From: Horticoccus luteus
GTDB lineage: Bacteria > Verrucomicrobiota > Verrucomicrobiia > Opitutales > Opitutaceae
Length of the DNA: 32,000 bases
Direction of reading: 5' to 3'
Assembly: GCF_019464535.1 (NCBI RefSeq)
Contig: NZ_CP080507.1
Span: 1,800,001 to 1,832,000, forward strand
How positions within the stretch are numbered: position 1 is the stretch's first letter; each line of letters opens with the position of its first letter. Positions 1-9,262 of the stretch are shown piece after piece. The notes beneath the pieces are model-generated. The model was not told the origin of the DNA. It saw only the letters and a list, made by a program, of their open reading frames with translations, and searched no databases. Position numbers and translations under genes: made by a program.

Positions 1-1282
1 AGCCGGCAATGAGGGAGCCGAGGGCGACGCCAAAGCTCAGAGAGAGTTGTTGCGCAGTGCTGGAGAGACTGCCGGCCTTGCTCGCGTCGACGTCGTCGAT
101 GTCGGCATAGACGAGGGAATTCATGGCCGTGAACTGGAGCGAGGCGACGAAGCCTTGGGTGAAGCTCAACGCAAGAATGGCGAGGAGCGGCGCCCCGCGA
201 TCGATCTGGGTGAAGAGCATCATCGTAAGGCCGAGAACAAGCGTGTTGGCGAGCAGGACGGTGCGATGCCCGAAGCGCCGGAGGACGGGACGACTGATGA
301 TCTTCATCGCCATCGCGGCGAGTGCTTGCGGCACGGTGAGCAATCCCGCCTGCCACGGCGCGTAGCCGAGGCCGAGTTGGTAGAGCAAGGGAAGGAGGAA
401 CGGCATGCCGCCGAAGCCGAGACGGGTGACAAACCCGCCGAGCACGGAAACGCGAAAGGTGCGGACCTTGAACAGCGCCAGTTCAAGCAGCGGTTTGACC
501 ACGCGGCGCGCGTGCCAGCCGTAACCGGCGAGAAGTGCGACCGCGACGACGCTAATGGCAGTGAGCTGGCTCGCCGGGTGGCTATGCTCGCCGAAGACTT
601 CGAGCACATAGGACACGAGCGCGATGCCGCTGCAGAATAAGAAAAAACCCGCGCGGTCGAGAGGTGGTGACTCCGGATCGCGGTAGTCAGGCATGAAGCG
701 CCGCGTCATCCAGAGGCCAAAGAGCGCGAGCGGAATATTAACGAAAAAAATCACGCGCCAGGAGGTGATGTGCACGATCAGGCCACCTGTAAAAGGGCCG
801 AGGAGCGGGCCAAGCAGGGCGGGGATGATGACGTAGTTCATCGTCCGCAGCATCTCCGAACGAGGAAACGTGCGCACCAAAGCGACACGTGCGACGGGCG
901 TCATCATGGCGCCGCCGATGCCTTGCAGGACACGCGCGGCGACGAGGAGCGGGACGCTGGGGGCGAGTCCGCAGCCGAGGGAGCCGAGCAGAAAAAGCCA
1001 GATGGCGACGCGAAAGACACGGCAAGTGCCGAAGCGGTCCGCGAACCAGCCGCTCACGGGGATGAAAACGGCGAGACTCAACGTATAACTCGTGAGCACC
1101 GCCTTGAGACTGAGCGGTTCGACGCGCAGGCTTTCGGCCATCGTCGGCACAGCCGTGTTCACGATCGTGGCATCGAGATTTTCCATGAACAACGCCATCG
1201 CCACGAGCCACGGCAAAAAGCGTCGAATGCGCGCGAGATCGCCCGCGGCGAGCGCGGTGCGATCAGAGGCGGCGGAGTCCAT
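1..1282 (-). CDS. MFS transporter, drug:H+ antiporter type (DHA2/EmrB-QacA-like); 3' end cut by the window edge
   Basis: Missing from the ORF track because it is open to the window edge. My translation of the reverse complement from the ATG at 1282-1280 reads MDSAASDRTALAAGDLARIRRFLPWLVAMALFMENLDATIVNTAVPTMAESLRVEPLSLKAVLTSYTLSLAVFIPVSGWFADRFG...VLQGIGGAMMTP...SLSFGVALGSLIAG. It has the MFS motif-A-like GWFADRFG, the antiporter motif-C-like GIGGAMMTP, and repeated hydrophobic spans. The plus-strand track ORFs here (47..640, 770..1426) are Arg/Glu/His-rich nonsense. Confidence 0.85.
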   Translation of the reverse strand, partial: MDSAASDRTALAAGDLARIRRFLPWLVAMALFMENLDATIVNTAVPTMAESLRVEPLSLKAVLTSYTLSLAVFIPVSGWFADRFGTCRVFRVAIWLFLLGSLGCGLAPSVPLLVAARVLQGIGGAMMTPVARVALVRTFPRSEMLRTMNYVIIPALLGPLLGPFTGGLIVHITSWRVIFFVNIPLALFGLWMTRRFMPDYRDPESPPLDRAGFFLFCSGIALVSYVLEVFGEHSHPASQLTAISVVAVALLAGYGWHARRVVKPLLELALFKVRTFRVSVLGGFVTRLGFGGMPFLLPLLYQLGLGYAPWQAGLLTVPQALAAMAMKIISRPVLRRFGHRTVLLANTLVLGLTMMLFTQIDRGAPLLAILALSFTQGFVASLQFTAMNSLVYADIDDVDASKAGSLSSTAQQLSLSFGVALGSLIAG

Positions 1283-1386
1283 GGGCGACGGATAGCAGGA
1301 TTTTCCGCAGTGGCAACGCGGTGCGCGGAAATGGGATTCGTTCACGTGTCCGCACCACGGTTCGCCGTTCGTTGGACAGGAGCACC

Positions 1387-1464
1387 ATGTTCATTGTCCT
1401 CGCGCTCATCATCGCGGTTTGTTTGATCGTCGCCGTGGATGGCTCATCGGCGAACGGTCCGTGA
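1387..1464 (+). CDS. Candidate 25-aa hydrophobic small protein or leader peptide (MFIVLALIIAVCLIVAVDGSSANGP)
   Basis: ATG at 1387 is preceded by ggacAGGAGcacc. There are 25 codons and then TGA. Third-position G+C is about 75% by hand count, consistent with coding here. It has one predicted TM-like segment and lies in the divergent MFS / monooxygenase intergenic region. It is too short for the ORF track. Confidence 0.25.
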   Translation: MFIVLALIIAVCLIVAVDGSSANGP

Positions 1465-1637
1465 GCAGCCATCGCGGCGATCAATCTCTCAACGTCTCAT
1501 TGTGCCATGGCAACGCGTGCTCCCTGTCTTTCGCCCGACGGTCCCGTGCCGACCGCGGTGCGAATGGGCGCGTGCAAGATGTCGAAGATGGGAGCGGGTC
1601 GCGGCGGATGTGCGGCGCGGTCCTGCGCCAGCCTGCG

Positions 1638-2864
1638 ATGAAACCATCCGCTGAATCGGCGACCGGCCAAATCGCGACGCGTTGCTGCATCGTAGGTGGA
1701 GGACCGGCGGGGATGATGACGGGGATGTTGCTCGCGCGGAGCGGCGTCGAGGTGGTCGTGCTGGAAAAGCATGCGGACTTTCTCCGCGATTTTCGTGGTG
1801 ACACGATTCATCCCTCGACGATGGAGGTGATGCACGAACTCGGGTGGCTGGAGGCGTTTCTTCAGCGGCCGCACGAACGGGTCGAGCAACTGACGGGATT
1901 TATCGAAGGCGAGGCGGTGCCAATAGCGGACTTCACGCATCTGCCGGTGCAGGCGCCTTACATCGCGTTGATGCCGCAATGGGATTTCCTGAATTTCGTC
2001 ATGGAGCAAGGGAAGCGTTTCCCGGGCTTTCAGGTGCGGATGGAAGCCGAAGTGGACGACGTGATTCGTGAAGGCGGTCGGATTGCAGGCGTGACGGCGA
2101 AGACGCCGCAGGGGCGCCTGGAGGTGCGTTCGCAATTGACGATTGGTGCGGATGGCCGCGGTTCGACCGCGCGCGCGCGCGCCGGATTGACGAGCGATGA
2201 TCTCGGCGCGCCGATGGATGTGCTGTGGTTTCGGCTGCCGCGGCGCGAGGGCGATCCGGCGCAGGTGCTGGGTCGATTCAGCCGCGGGCGCATCATGGTG
2301 ATGCTCGATCGCGGCGCGTATTGGCAATGCGGCTTCGTCATCAGCAAGGACGGCAACGAACGGGTGCGAGCGCGCGGGTTGGACGCGTTTCGCCGCGACC
2401 TCGACGTTCTGGTGCCGTGGATCGCGGATCGCACAGGGACGTTGCAGGATTGGGACCAGGTGAAGCTGCTCACCGTGAAGGTGGACCGGCTGCGACGCTG
2501 GCATGTGCCCGGTCTGCTATGCATCGGCGATGCGGCGCATGCGATGTCGCCGGTGGGCGGCGTGGGCATCAACCTCGCGATTCAAGATGCAGTGGCGGCG
2601 GCGAACGTGCTGGCGCCGGCTTTTCGGCGCGGCATGCCGACCGAAAGGGACCTCGCTGCGGTGCAACGGCGACGGAGTTGGCCGACGCGCGCGACCCAAT
2701 GGCTGCAAGTGCGCATCCAAAACCGCGTCATCGCGCAGACGTTGCGCGACAGTGGGGCGATGAAGATGCCGTGGGTGTTGCGCCAGTTTCAGCGGCATCC
2801 GTGGTTGCGGCGGGGGCCGGCGCGCGTGATCGGCCTCGGCATTCGGCCGGAGCATGTGTGGTGA
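1638..2864 (+). CDS. FAD-dependent monooxygenase/oxidoreductase (UbiH/PheA-TfdB-like)
   Basis: Track ORF 1419..2864. The Rossmann dinucleotide motif CCIVGGGPAGMMTGMLLARSGVEVVVLEK follows the Met at 1638 (MKPSAESATG...). GADGRGS and CIGDAAHAMSPVGGVGINLAIQDA are the classic FAD-monooxygenase motifs. The upstream 73 codons are Arg/Cys/Ser-rich and unlikely to be coding. Confidence 0.87.
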   Translation: MKPSAESATGQIATRCCIVGGGPAGMMTGMLLARSGVEVVVLEKHADFLRDFRGDTIHPSTMEVMHELGWLEAFLQRPHERVEQLTGFIEGEAVPIADFTHLPVQAPYIALMPQWDFLNFVMEQGKRFPGFQVRMEAEVDDVIREGGRIAGVTAKTPQGRLEVRSQLTIGADGRGSTARARAGLTSDDLGAPMDVLWFRLPRREGDPAQVLGRFSRGRIMVMLDRGAYWQCGFVISKDGNERVRARGLDAFRRDLDVLVPWIADRTGTLQDWDQVKLLTVKVDRLRRWHVPGLLCIGDAAHAMSPVGGVGINLAIQDAVAAANVLAPAFRRGMPTERDLAAVQRRRSWPTRATQWLQVRIQNRVIAQTLRDSGAMKMPWVLRQFQRHPWLRRGPARVIGLGIRPEHVW

Positions 2865-3032
2865 ACGGCAGAAGGTGCGCGCCGCGGCGTCCCGAGCGCA
2901 GCGCCCGAGCTAAAGAGGAGTGGCGGAGGAGCGACGAAGGATGCAGTGCGGACTTGCGACAGGGGGAGAACAGCGCTCATTCGCGGAGAGTTCTCTTCGC
3001 CTGCGTCATCCCCGCTGCCCGCGTTTTTATTT

Positions 3033-4757
3033 ATGCGTTTCTCATACTGCCTGCTGCTCCCAATCGCCACGACTGTTGCCACGTTCACCTTAAACGGTGC
3101 TGAAGCACCCGGCGGGGGAGTTGCCGGAGACGCGGCGCGCGGCCGCATTCTTTTTCAGCAAAATTGCGCGCTGTGTCACGCCACGGGCCGCGAGGCGAGC
3201 GGCGGCGGGCAAGGGCCATCGCTGGCCGGTGTGATGGGTCGGCGGGCGGCGGCGGGAGCGGATTTTACGTTCACTCCGGCGTTGGTGCATTCGGGCCTGG
3301 TGTGGACCCCCGCGACGCTCGATCAATTTCTCGCGAACCCGGGTGAGCGAGTGCCGGGGACGGCGATGGCGGTGGCGACCACGAGCGCGGCGGACCGGCG
3401 CGACTTGATCGCGTTTCTCGCGACGCTGCAGCCGGCGACGCCGCGCAACGCAACCGACGAAGCGGCGACGCAGAAGAAAGTTCGCACGCCAGGCGATTGG
3501 GAAAATGATGCGCCGGGCGTGAAACACCGCATCGAGATCGCGCAGTTGCCGAAGCCTTACATGACAGAGTCGGCAGGCAATGGACCGAAGCTGTTGCCAC
3601 GACCCGCGGGTGCGCAGCTGGCGGTGCCGGCGGGATTCAAAGTGTCGCTGTTCGCCTCGGGTTTGTCGGGGCCGCGTCTGCTGCGCACCGCCCCGAATGG
3701 CGATGTGTTCATCGCCGAAACGCGACAGGGCCGGATCCGGGTTTTGCGAGCAGGTGATGGAAAGGAGTCACCGGCAGAGAATACGATTTTCGCGAGCGGG
3801 TTGCACGGGCCGTTTGGCATCGCGTTCTATCCGACGAAGGAACCGCGATGGGTTTACGTTGGCCTGCTCAACTCCGTGGTGCGGTTCCCTTATCACGCCG
3901 GGGATCAGGTGGCGGCCGGTCCGGCGGAAACGATCATCGAGAAACTCGCTGACTCCACGGGCGGCCATACGACACGCGATGTGGCGTTTTCGATGGATGA
4001 TCGGCGGATGTTCGTCTCGGTGGGTTCGGGTTCAAATGTCGCCGAGCGCATGCCCGTGAAGACGGCGGAAGAAGTGCGGGCGTGGGAAAAGGGGCACGCG
4101 CATGGGTCGGCGTGGGGCAGCGAAGCGAATCGCGCCTTGGTGCTCGCGGCGGATCCGGACGGACGCAATGTGACGGTTTTCGCGACGGGTATTCGCAATG
4201 CGGTCGGCCTCGCGGTGCAGCCGCGCACGGGACTTTTATGGGCGTCGACGAACGAACGCGACGGACTCGGCGACGATCTGGTGCCGGACTATCTGACGCA
4301 CGTGCAGGAGGGTGGTTATTATGGTTGGCCGTGGTTCTATCTGGGCAACCACGAGGATCCGCGCCACGCGGGTGAACGCCCGGACCTCGCGGGTGCGGCC
4401 ATCATCCCGGATGTGCTGGTGCAGGCGCATTCGGCGACGCTGCAGATGACGTTCTATCCTCTCGAGGCGACGGGTCCGGCGGCATTTCCTGCGGAGTATC
4501 GCGGCAATATTTTCGCGGCGTTGCACGGCTCGTGGAATCGCCATGGGCGGACGGGCAGCAAAGTGATTCGGGTGCGCCTCGGCGCGGGCACGACGCCGGG
4601 CGACTATGAGGATTTTCTCACGGGCTTCGTGATCGACGACCAACATGTGTGGGGCCGGCCGGTGGGCGTAACGGTGGCGCACGACGGCGCGCTGCTCGTG
4701 ACCGACGATGCGGCGGGCACGATCTGGCGCATCGCCTACGTCGGACAGCAGAGGTGA
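3033..4757 (+). CDS. Cytochrome c domain fused to a PQQ-dependent (soluble glucose/sorbosone dehydrogenase-like) beta-propeller dehydrogenase, secreted
   Basis: Track ORF 2946..4757. The probable start is at 3033 (MRFSYCLLLPIATTVATFTLNG, signal-peptide-like). It has the haem-binding motif CALCH plus GPSLAGVMGRRAA...LDQFLANPGERVPGTAMAV (class I cytochrome c). GSDH-like blocks follow: GLSGPRLLRTAPNGDVFIAE, GHTTRDVAF, GIRNAVGLAVQPRTGLLWASTNERDGLGDDLVPDYL, GGYYGWP, HSA and LHGSWNR. Confidence 0.85.
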   Translation: MRFSYCLLLPIATTVATFTLNGAEAPGGGVAGDAARGRILFQQNCALCHATGREASGGGQGPSLAGVMGRRAAAGADFTFTPALVHSGLVWTPATLDQFLANPGERVPGTAMAVATTSAADRRDLIAFLATLQPATPRNATDEAATQKKVRTPGDWENDAPGVKHRIEIAQLPKPYMTESAGNGPKLLPRPAGAQLAVPAGFKVSLFASGLSGPRLLRTAPNGDVFIAETRQGRIRVLRAGDGKESPAENTIFASGLHGPFGIAFYPTKEPRWVYVGLLNSVVRFPYHAGDQVAAGPAETIIEKLADSTGGHTTRDVAFSMDDRRMFVSVGSGSNVAERMPVKTAEEVRAWEKGHAHGSAWGSEANRALVLAADPDGRNVTVFATGIRNAVGLAVQPRTGLLWASTNERDGLGDDLVPDYLTHVQEGGYYGWPWFYLGNHEDPRHAGERPDLAGAAIIPDVLVQAHSATLQMTFYPLEATGPAAFPAEYRGNIFAALHGSWNRHGRTGSKVIRVRLGAGTTPGDYEDFLTGFVIDDQHVWGRPVGVTVAHDGALLVTDDAAGTIWRIAYVGQQR

Positions 4758-4831
4758 GCGGGCGGTCGGACGAGAAGAGGGCGGAGCGCGGAAAGGCGTG
4801 ACGCCCGCAGGAGAAGGTATTGGGTCGCACG

Positions 4832-5521
4832 ATGGGCAAGGGATTTTCGCCGGACGAAGAGGCGCTCTATTTCAAAACGGGAGAGGCGGTGCGGAAGCGT
4901 TTGCAGGCGACGCCGGAGCCTGAACGCGCGCTCGCGATCCTCGCGGTGGCGCAGGACCGGTTTGCGCGGGCATTCGATCAGGCACCGGCGAAGGCCAGGG
5001 CGCGCATCGCCTGCCACGCCGGGTGCGACACGTGCTGCCATGAAGATGTGGCGGTGCAGGCCCACGAGGTGCTGATCGCAGCGGAATACGCGCAGCGGAA
5101 TTTCACAGCCGCAGCGCTGGAGGCGGTGATCGCTCGGGCAGCGACCCATCGCGCCGCACACGCTGCGCGCAGAGAAGGCGGACCGTTGCCGCGCACACCC
5201 TGTCCCCTGTTGCACGAGGGTAATTGCTCCGTGTATCCCGCGCGCCCCGAGGCGTGTCGGGCGCACCACAGTCACAGCGTGGCGGCGTGCAAAACCAATC
5301 TCGCGGCGGGCGCGCCAGTGATCGACGTGGCGGTGGCGGGAGTGCGCGGCCGGATGTTTGCGGTGATGCTCGCGATCGACCAAGCGGCGGAAGACGAAGG
5401 TTTCGACGATCAGGCGTATGACCTCGGCTCGGCGTTGCACGAGGCATTGACCAACAGCTTGTGTGCCGTGCGGTGGCAGCGGCACGAAGCGGCGTTTCCA
5501 GCCGACTGTCGCGAATTCTAA
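4832..5521 (+). CDS. YkgJ-family (UPF0153) cysteine-cluster protein, putative Fe/Zn-binding
   Basis: Track ORF 4820..5521 starts at a TTG; the ATG at 4832 gives MGKGFSPDEE. It has Cys motifs CHAGCDTCCH and CPLL..GNCSVYPARPEACR, typical of the CxxCxxCC / YkgJ family. Confidence 0.7.
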   Translation: MGKGFSPDEEALYFKTGEAVRKRLQATPEPERALAILAVAQDRFARAFDQAPAKARARIACHAGCDTCCHEDVAVQAHEVLIAAEYAQRNFTAAALEAVIARAATHRAAHAARREGGPLPRTPCPLLHEGNCSVYPARPEACRAHHSHSVAACKTNLAAGAPVIDVAVAGVRGRMFAVMLAIDQAAEDEGFDDQAYDLGSALHEALTNSLCAVRWQRHEAAFPADCREF

Positions 5522-5933
5522 GCGTGGACGCCGGCGCGGCTCACCCGAAGGACACGAGTCCGCTTCACAGGCGGTGCCTACCCGCGGCGCCGTTCATGAA
5601 AAGTTGGTAAATCTGCAACGCTTCGGCCGTCGCACGCTCTGCGCGCAAACAGCATGAGCAGCGGCGACGAGAGCTGCGCGACAGGCGCCAATGAGGCGAA
5701 CGCGCACTCGCGGGCAGGCCGTGGAAGGGAGGCGCCGAAGCGAAAGACCGAGACGGCCTGCGGTGGGTATTTCGCGACGCGATACGGCGGCGATTCGAGG
5801 ACCCTCCTTCGCTCATTGCGGGCAGCGTTTCTGCTCGTCACAGGAAAGACCGAATGGCACCGATGGAGCTGCGGGCGTGGCGGTGAAGCTGCGGGCCGCG
5901 ATTGTATTTCCGATCCTTACTCCCCGCTTCCCT

Positions 5934-7532
5934 ATGAAATCCTGGTCCATTGCCCAACGTCTCTTCGCTCTCGTGGGTTTTGTGCTGCTGCTCGTCATCG
6001 CTGGCGTGCTGGTCTTATTGCGCGCCGATCGTCACGGGGTGACGGCAGGTGACCAGCGCGATGCGGTGCGGAGCACGGCGGCGGCACTTCACTACACGAT
6101 GCTGACGGCGAGCGATGCGATGCGCGGTGTGTTGCTCGAGCCGGGCAATCAGATCGAACGGCAACGCAAGGTGTCATCGGACGAGGATTTCGACCGGCTT
6201 GCCGCCGCCATGCGCACGATGCTGGCGGATCTGCCGGAGCTGCAGTCCATCTTCGCGACCATTGTGGACTCCGATCAGAAGAAGCTGAACGTGGACGAGG
6301 ATCGCATTCTTGAGCTGGCGGGAAAGGATCAAGCGGCGGCGTTGGCGTTCTTCAACAGCACCTACCTGCCTGATCGAAAAATCCAAGACAGCCTCATCGC
6401 AAATTTTCTGGAGAAAGTTGATGCGACCACGGCGGCGATGGTCGACCGCGCGATTGCGGAACGGAGGATCGCGGTGGGCGTGCTGGCGGCCTTGTGCCTG
6501 CTGGCGCTGGTGGGCGGGATCATTTTTGCGCGGGCTTTGGCGAAGCCGCTGATCGCGCTCACGCAGTCGACCGTGCTCATGGCGAAGGGCGACCTGACGG
6601 TGGCATTGCCGACGCACGAAGGCAGCGATGAGATCGCTCAGCTGACGGCGTCGTTCGAGCAACTGGTGAATGCGTTGCGGGCGTTTGTCACCGACGTGCA
6701 GCATTCGGGCGTGCTCGTCTCGACCTCCATCACGGAGATCGCGGCGACCGCCAAACAGCAGCAGGCGACGGCGAACGAAGTCGCGGCAACGACGACCGAA
6801 ATCGGTGCGACCGCGAAAGAAATCTCCGCCACGGGCCGCGATCTCGCGCAGACTGTCACGCATGTGAACGAGAGCGCGCAGCAAACGTCGGTGCTCGCCG
6901 ACAATGGACGCGAGGCGCTCGGGCGCATGGACGACACGATGCGCCGCGTGAGCGAGGCAGCGGGCGGGATCAACTCGCGATTGACCGTGCTGAATGACAA
7001 GGCGGCGAACATCGGCTCGGTGGTGACAACGATCGCGAAAGTGGCGGACCAGACGAATCTGTTGTCGCTCAACGCAGCGATCGAAGCGGAGAAGGCCGGC
7101 GAATACGGCCGCGGTTTCGCGGTGGTGGCGACGGAAATCCGCCGGCTCGCGGATCAGACCGCGGCGGCGACCGTCGACATCGAGCAACTGGTGAAGGAAA
7201 TTCAGTCTGCGGTGACGGCCGGCGTGATGGGCATGGACAAATTTTCCGAGGAAGTGCGCCGCGGGGTGACCGACGTGGAAAAGGTGGCGAGTCAGCTCGC
7301 CCAAATTATCCAGCACGTGCAGGCGATCAATCCCCGCATCCAGTCGGTGAGCGAGGGCATGCAGGCGCAATCGACGGGCGCCGAGCAAATCAGCCAGGCG
7401 CTCACGCAGCTCGGGGAGGCGGCCCGGCAGACCGCCGAGTCGTTGCGCCAGAGCAATGAAACGGTGCGCAGTCTCGACGAAGCGGCCCGCGGGCTGCGCT
7501 CGGGCATCGAACGCTTCAAGGTGGAGAATTGA
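5934..7532 (+). CDS. Methyl-accepting chemotaxis protein (TM - periplasmic helical sensor - TM - HAMP - MA signalling domain)
   Basis: Track ORF 5691..7532. The real start is probably the ATG at 5934 ([31 protein letters not shown]1). The second TM is [20 protein letters not shown], followed by HAMP ([24 protein letters not shown]...[13 protein letters not shown]). The highly conserved MCP hairpin is [37 protein letters not shown]. Confidence 0.95.
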   Translation: MKSWSIAQRLFALVGFVLLLVIAGVLVLLRADRHGVTAGDQRDAVRSTAAALHYTMLTASDAMRGVLLEPGNQIERQRKVSSDEDFDRLAAAMRTMLADLPELQSIFATIVDSDQKKLNVDEDRILELAGKDQAAALAFFNSTYLPDRKIQDSLIANFLEKVDATTAAMVDRAIAERRIAVGVLAALCLLALVGGIIFARALAKPLIALTQSTVLMAKGDLTVALPTHEGSDEIAQLTASFEQLVNALRAFVTDVQHSGVLVSTSITEIAATAKQQQATANEVAATTTEIGATAKEISATGRDLAQTVTHVNESAQQTSVLADNGREALGRMDDTMRRVSEAAGGINSRLTVLNDKAANIGSVVTTIAKVADQTNLLSLNAAIEAEKAGEYGRGFAVVATEIRRLADQTAAATVDIEQLVKEIQSAVTAGVMGMDKFSEEVRRGVTDVEKVASQLAQIIQHVQAINPRIQSVSEGMQAQSTGAEQISQALTQLGEAARQTAESLRQSNETVRSLDEAARGLRSGIERFKVEN

Positions 7533-7547
7533 GCCGCAGGCGGGCCC

Positions 7548-8018
7548 ATGCTCTTTTTGCTGTTTCAACTGGGCAATGATCGTTACGCGCTGGCGGCGCG
7601 CGATGTGGTGGAAGTGCTGCCTTTGCTTACGTTGAAAGCGGTGCCCGGCGCGCCCCGCGGAGTGGCCGGTTTGATGGACTACCGCGGCACGGCGGTGCCG
7701 GTGATTGATCTGAGCGCGTTGGTGATCGGCCGGCCGGCGGCGCAGCGCATCAGCACGCGTTTGTTGCTCGCGCGCTATACGCCGCGAAGCGGTGAAGAAC
7801 GTTTGCTGGCGTTGATGGCGGAACGGGCGACGGAAATGTTGCGGCGCGACCCCGCTGATTTTCAGCCCGCCGGCGTGCAGGGCGAAGATGCCCGCTATCT
7901 CGGGCCCGTGCTCTCGGACTCGAATGGATTGATTCAACGCGTGGACGTGAATGCGCTGTTGAGCGACGAGGTGCAGACGGCGCTTTACCCGGCCGAGGGA
8001 GAGGTCACCAGCCGATGA
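7548..8018 (+). CDS. cheW: CheW-like coupling protein
   Basis: LFQLGNDRYALAARDVVEVLPLLTLKAVPGAPRGVAGLMDYRGTAVPVIDL is a typical CheW-domain core. It starts 15 nt after the MCP stop, and its stop overlaps the cheR start (ATGA at 8015-8018). Confidence 0.9.
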   Translation: MLFLLFQLGNDRYALAARDVVEVLPLLTLKAVPGAPRGVAGLMDYRGTAVPVIDLSALVIGRPAAQRISTRLLLARYTPRSGEERLLALMAERATEMLRRDPADFQPAGVQGEDARYLGPVLSDSNGLIQRVDVNALLSDEVQTALYPAEGEVTSR

Positions 8019-9262
8019 ACGTGGCCGCGGTGGAAACTTGGTTGCATGCGCACGCGGGCCTGGAGGCGTCGACTTTGGGCGCGGGCGTAGTGGCCCGCGC
8101 CGCCCGCGATCGGATCGAAGCGCTGCACTGCCGCACGGCGGAGGATTACGTGACGTTGCTCGAACGGTCGCCCGATGAACGGCATGCGTTGATCGAAAAG
8201 GTGGTCGTGCCAGAGACGTGGTTCTTTCGCGATCGCCCGGCGCTCGAAGCGGTCGCGCGGTATGTGGCGACAGATTGGGGCGCCGCGCGCAGCGAAGGCG
8301 TTTTCCGCGTGCTGAGTGTGCCGTGCTCGACGGGGGAAGAACCGTATTCGCTGGCGATGGTGCTCGCCGGCGCGGGCTGGCCGGTCGCGCGCACGCGCAT
8401 CGAGGCGGTGGATATCAGCCGCGAGAATCTGCGGCGCGCAGAAGCGGGCGTTTACGGACGGAATTCTTTTCGGGGCGACGACGTTTCTTTTCGCGACGAT
8501 TTTTTTTCGCCGGCAGGTCGTGAAAGTTGGCGGGTGAATGAACGCGCGCGCGCGCCGGTGGAATTCGCGCAAGGCAACCTGCTGGCGGATGACTTCGGAG
8601 TCGGCCGGGGACTCTACGATGCAATTTTCTGTCGCAATCTGCTGATCTACTTCGACCGGCCAACGCAGGCCCGGGCGATCCGGACCTTGGAGAAGATGCT
8701 TGCGCCAGGCGGATGGATCGCGGTGGGACCGGCGGAGCCCGTCCTGCTGTTTGAACACGGGTTCAGCGCGCTGCGCGTGCCGGGCGGATTTCTTTTGCAC
8801 CGGACACCGCCCGCCGCGGCGCCGCAGCGAGCGGCCCGGGGGCCGATGCCGCGTCTGGTGCCCGCACGTTTGCCTGTGACGAGGATTGTGCCGTTGAAGG
8901 CGGCGCATCCGGCTCCGCCGCCGAAAGCGCCGGCGGCACCGGCGAAAACGGAAAATCCGCTGGGCGAGTTGCGGCGCCTCGCGGACGAAGGGCGTTTGCG
9001 AGAGGCGCGCCAATGCGGCGAGGCGTTGGTGGCGCGCGGCGAAAGCTCGGGGGAGCTTTTCTATCTGCTCGGCATTGTCGCCGACGCGGCGGGCGAAGGA
9101 ACCGGAGCGGAGGCGTTTTATCGCAAGGCCGTTTACTTGGAGCCGCAGCACGAGGATGCGTTGGTGCATCTGGCTTTGCTGGCGGAAAAGCGCGGCGACG
9201 TGCGGACGGCGCGGCAGTTTCGTGAGCGCGCGCAACGAGCGAGAACCAGGGAGGCGGTATGA
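8015..9262 (+). CDS. cheR: CheR-type chemoreceptor glutamate methyltransferase with a Pro/Ala-rich linker and C-terminal TPR repeats
   Basis: ETWFFRDRPALEAV, the SAM-binding block RVLSVPCSTGEEPYSLAM and IFCRNLLIYFD are CheR hallmarks. The C-terminus (LFYLLGIVADAAGEGTGAEAFYRKAVYLEPQHEDALVHLALLAEKRGDVRTA) is TPR-like. Confidence 0.92.
   Translation: MNVAAVETWLHAHAGLEASTLGAGVVARAARDRIEALHCRTAEDYVTLLERSPDERHALIEKVVVPETWFFRDRPALEAVARYVATDWGAARSEGVFRVLSVPCSTGEEPYSLAMVLAGAGWPVARTRIEAVDISRENLRRAEAGVYGRNSFRGDDVSFRDDFFSPAGRESWRVNERARAPVEFAQGNLLADDFGVGRGLYDAIFCRNLLIYFDRPTQARAIRTLEKMLAPGGWIAVGPAEPVLLFEHGFSALRVPGGFLLHRTPPAAAPQRAARGPMPRLVPARLPVTRIVPLKAAHPAPPPKAPAAPAKTENPLGELRRLADEGRLREARQCGEALVARGESSGELFYLLGIVADAAGEGTGAEAFYRKAVYLEPQHEDALVHLALLAEKRGDVRTARQFRERAQRARTREAV

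Noticed and set aside
5654-6052. 132-aa ORF (and the 5691 start of the MCP track ORF) in the long region upstream of the MCP gene.
   Set aside because: The composition is Arg/Gly/Cys-rich and not protein-like, and the ORF overlaps the MCP start. The MCP has a clean N-terminal TM helix starting at the Met at 5934, so the upstream extension is most likely non-coding.
6174-7937. Long antisense or alternate-frame ORFs throughout the window. Examples: 6174..7937(-) 587 aa, 10587..12143(-) 518 aa, 13295..14452(-) 385 aa, 16337..17410(+) 357 aa, 26914..28275(+) 453 aa, 28532..30058(+) 508 aa, 1497..2504(-) 335 aa, 7985..9235(-) 416 aa, 24901..25683(+) and 26098..26865(+).
   Set aside because: All are extremely Arg/His/Pro/Gly/Ala-rich with no recognisable motifs. 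Each lies opposite, or out of frame with, a gene that encodes an unmistakable protein family. Stop codons are rare in off-frames of DNA this G+C-rich, so such ORFs are expected artefacts.
8500-8507. T8 homopolymer inside cheR (codons for D-F-F-S), considered as a possible slipped-strand phase-variation switch.
   Set aside because: It is explained simply by two Phe TTT codons. A similar A7/T7 run occurs in the MFS gene (about 745-751) for the same reason. Eight nucleotides is at the low end for phase variation, and I have no population data.
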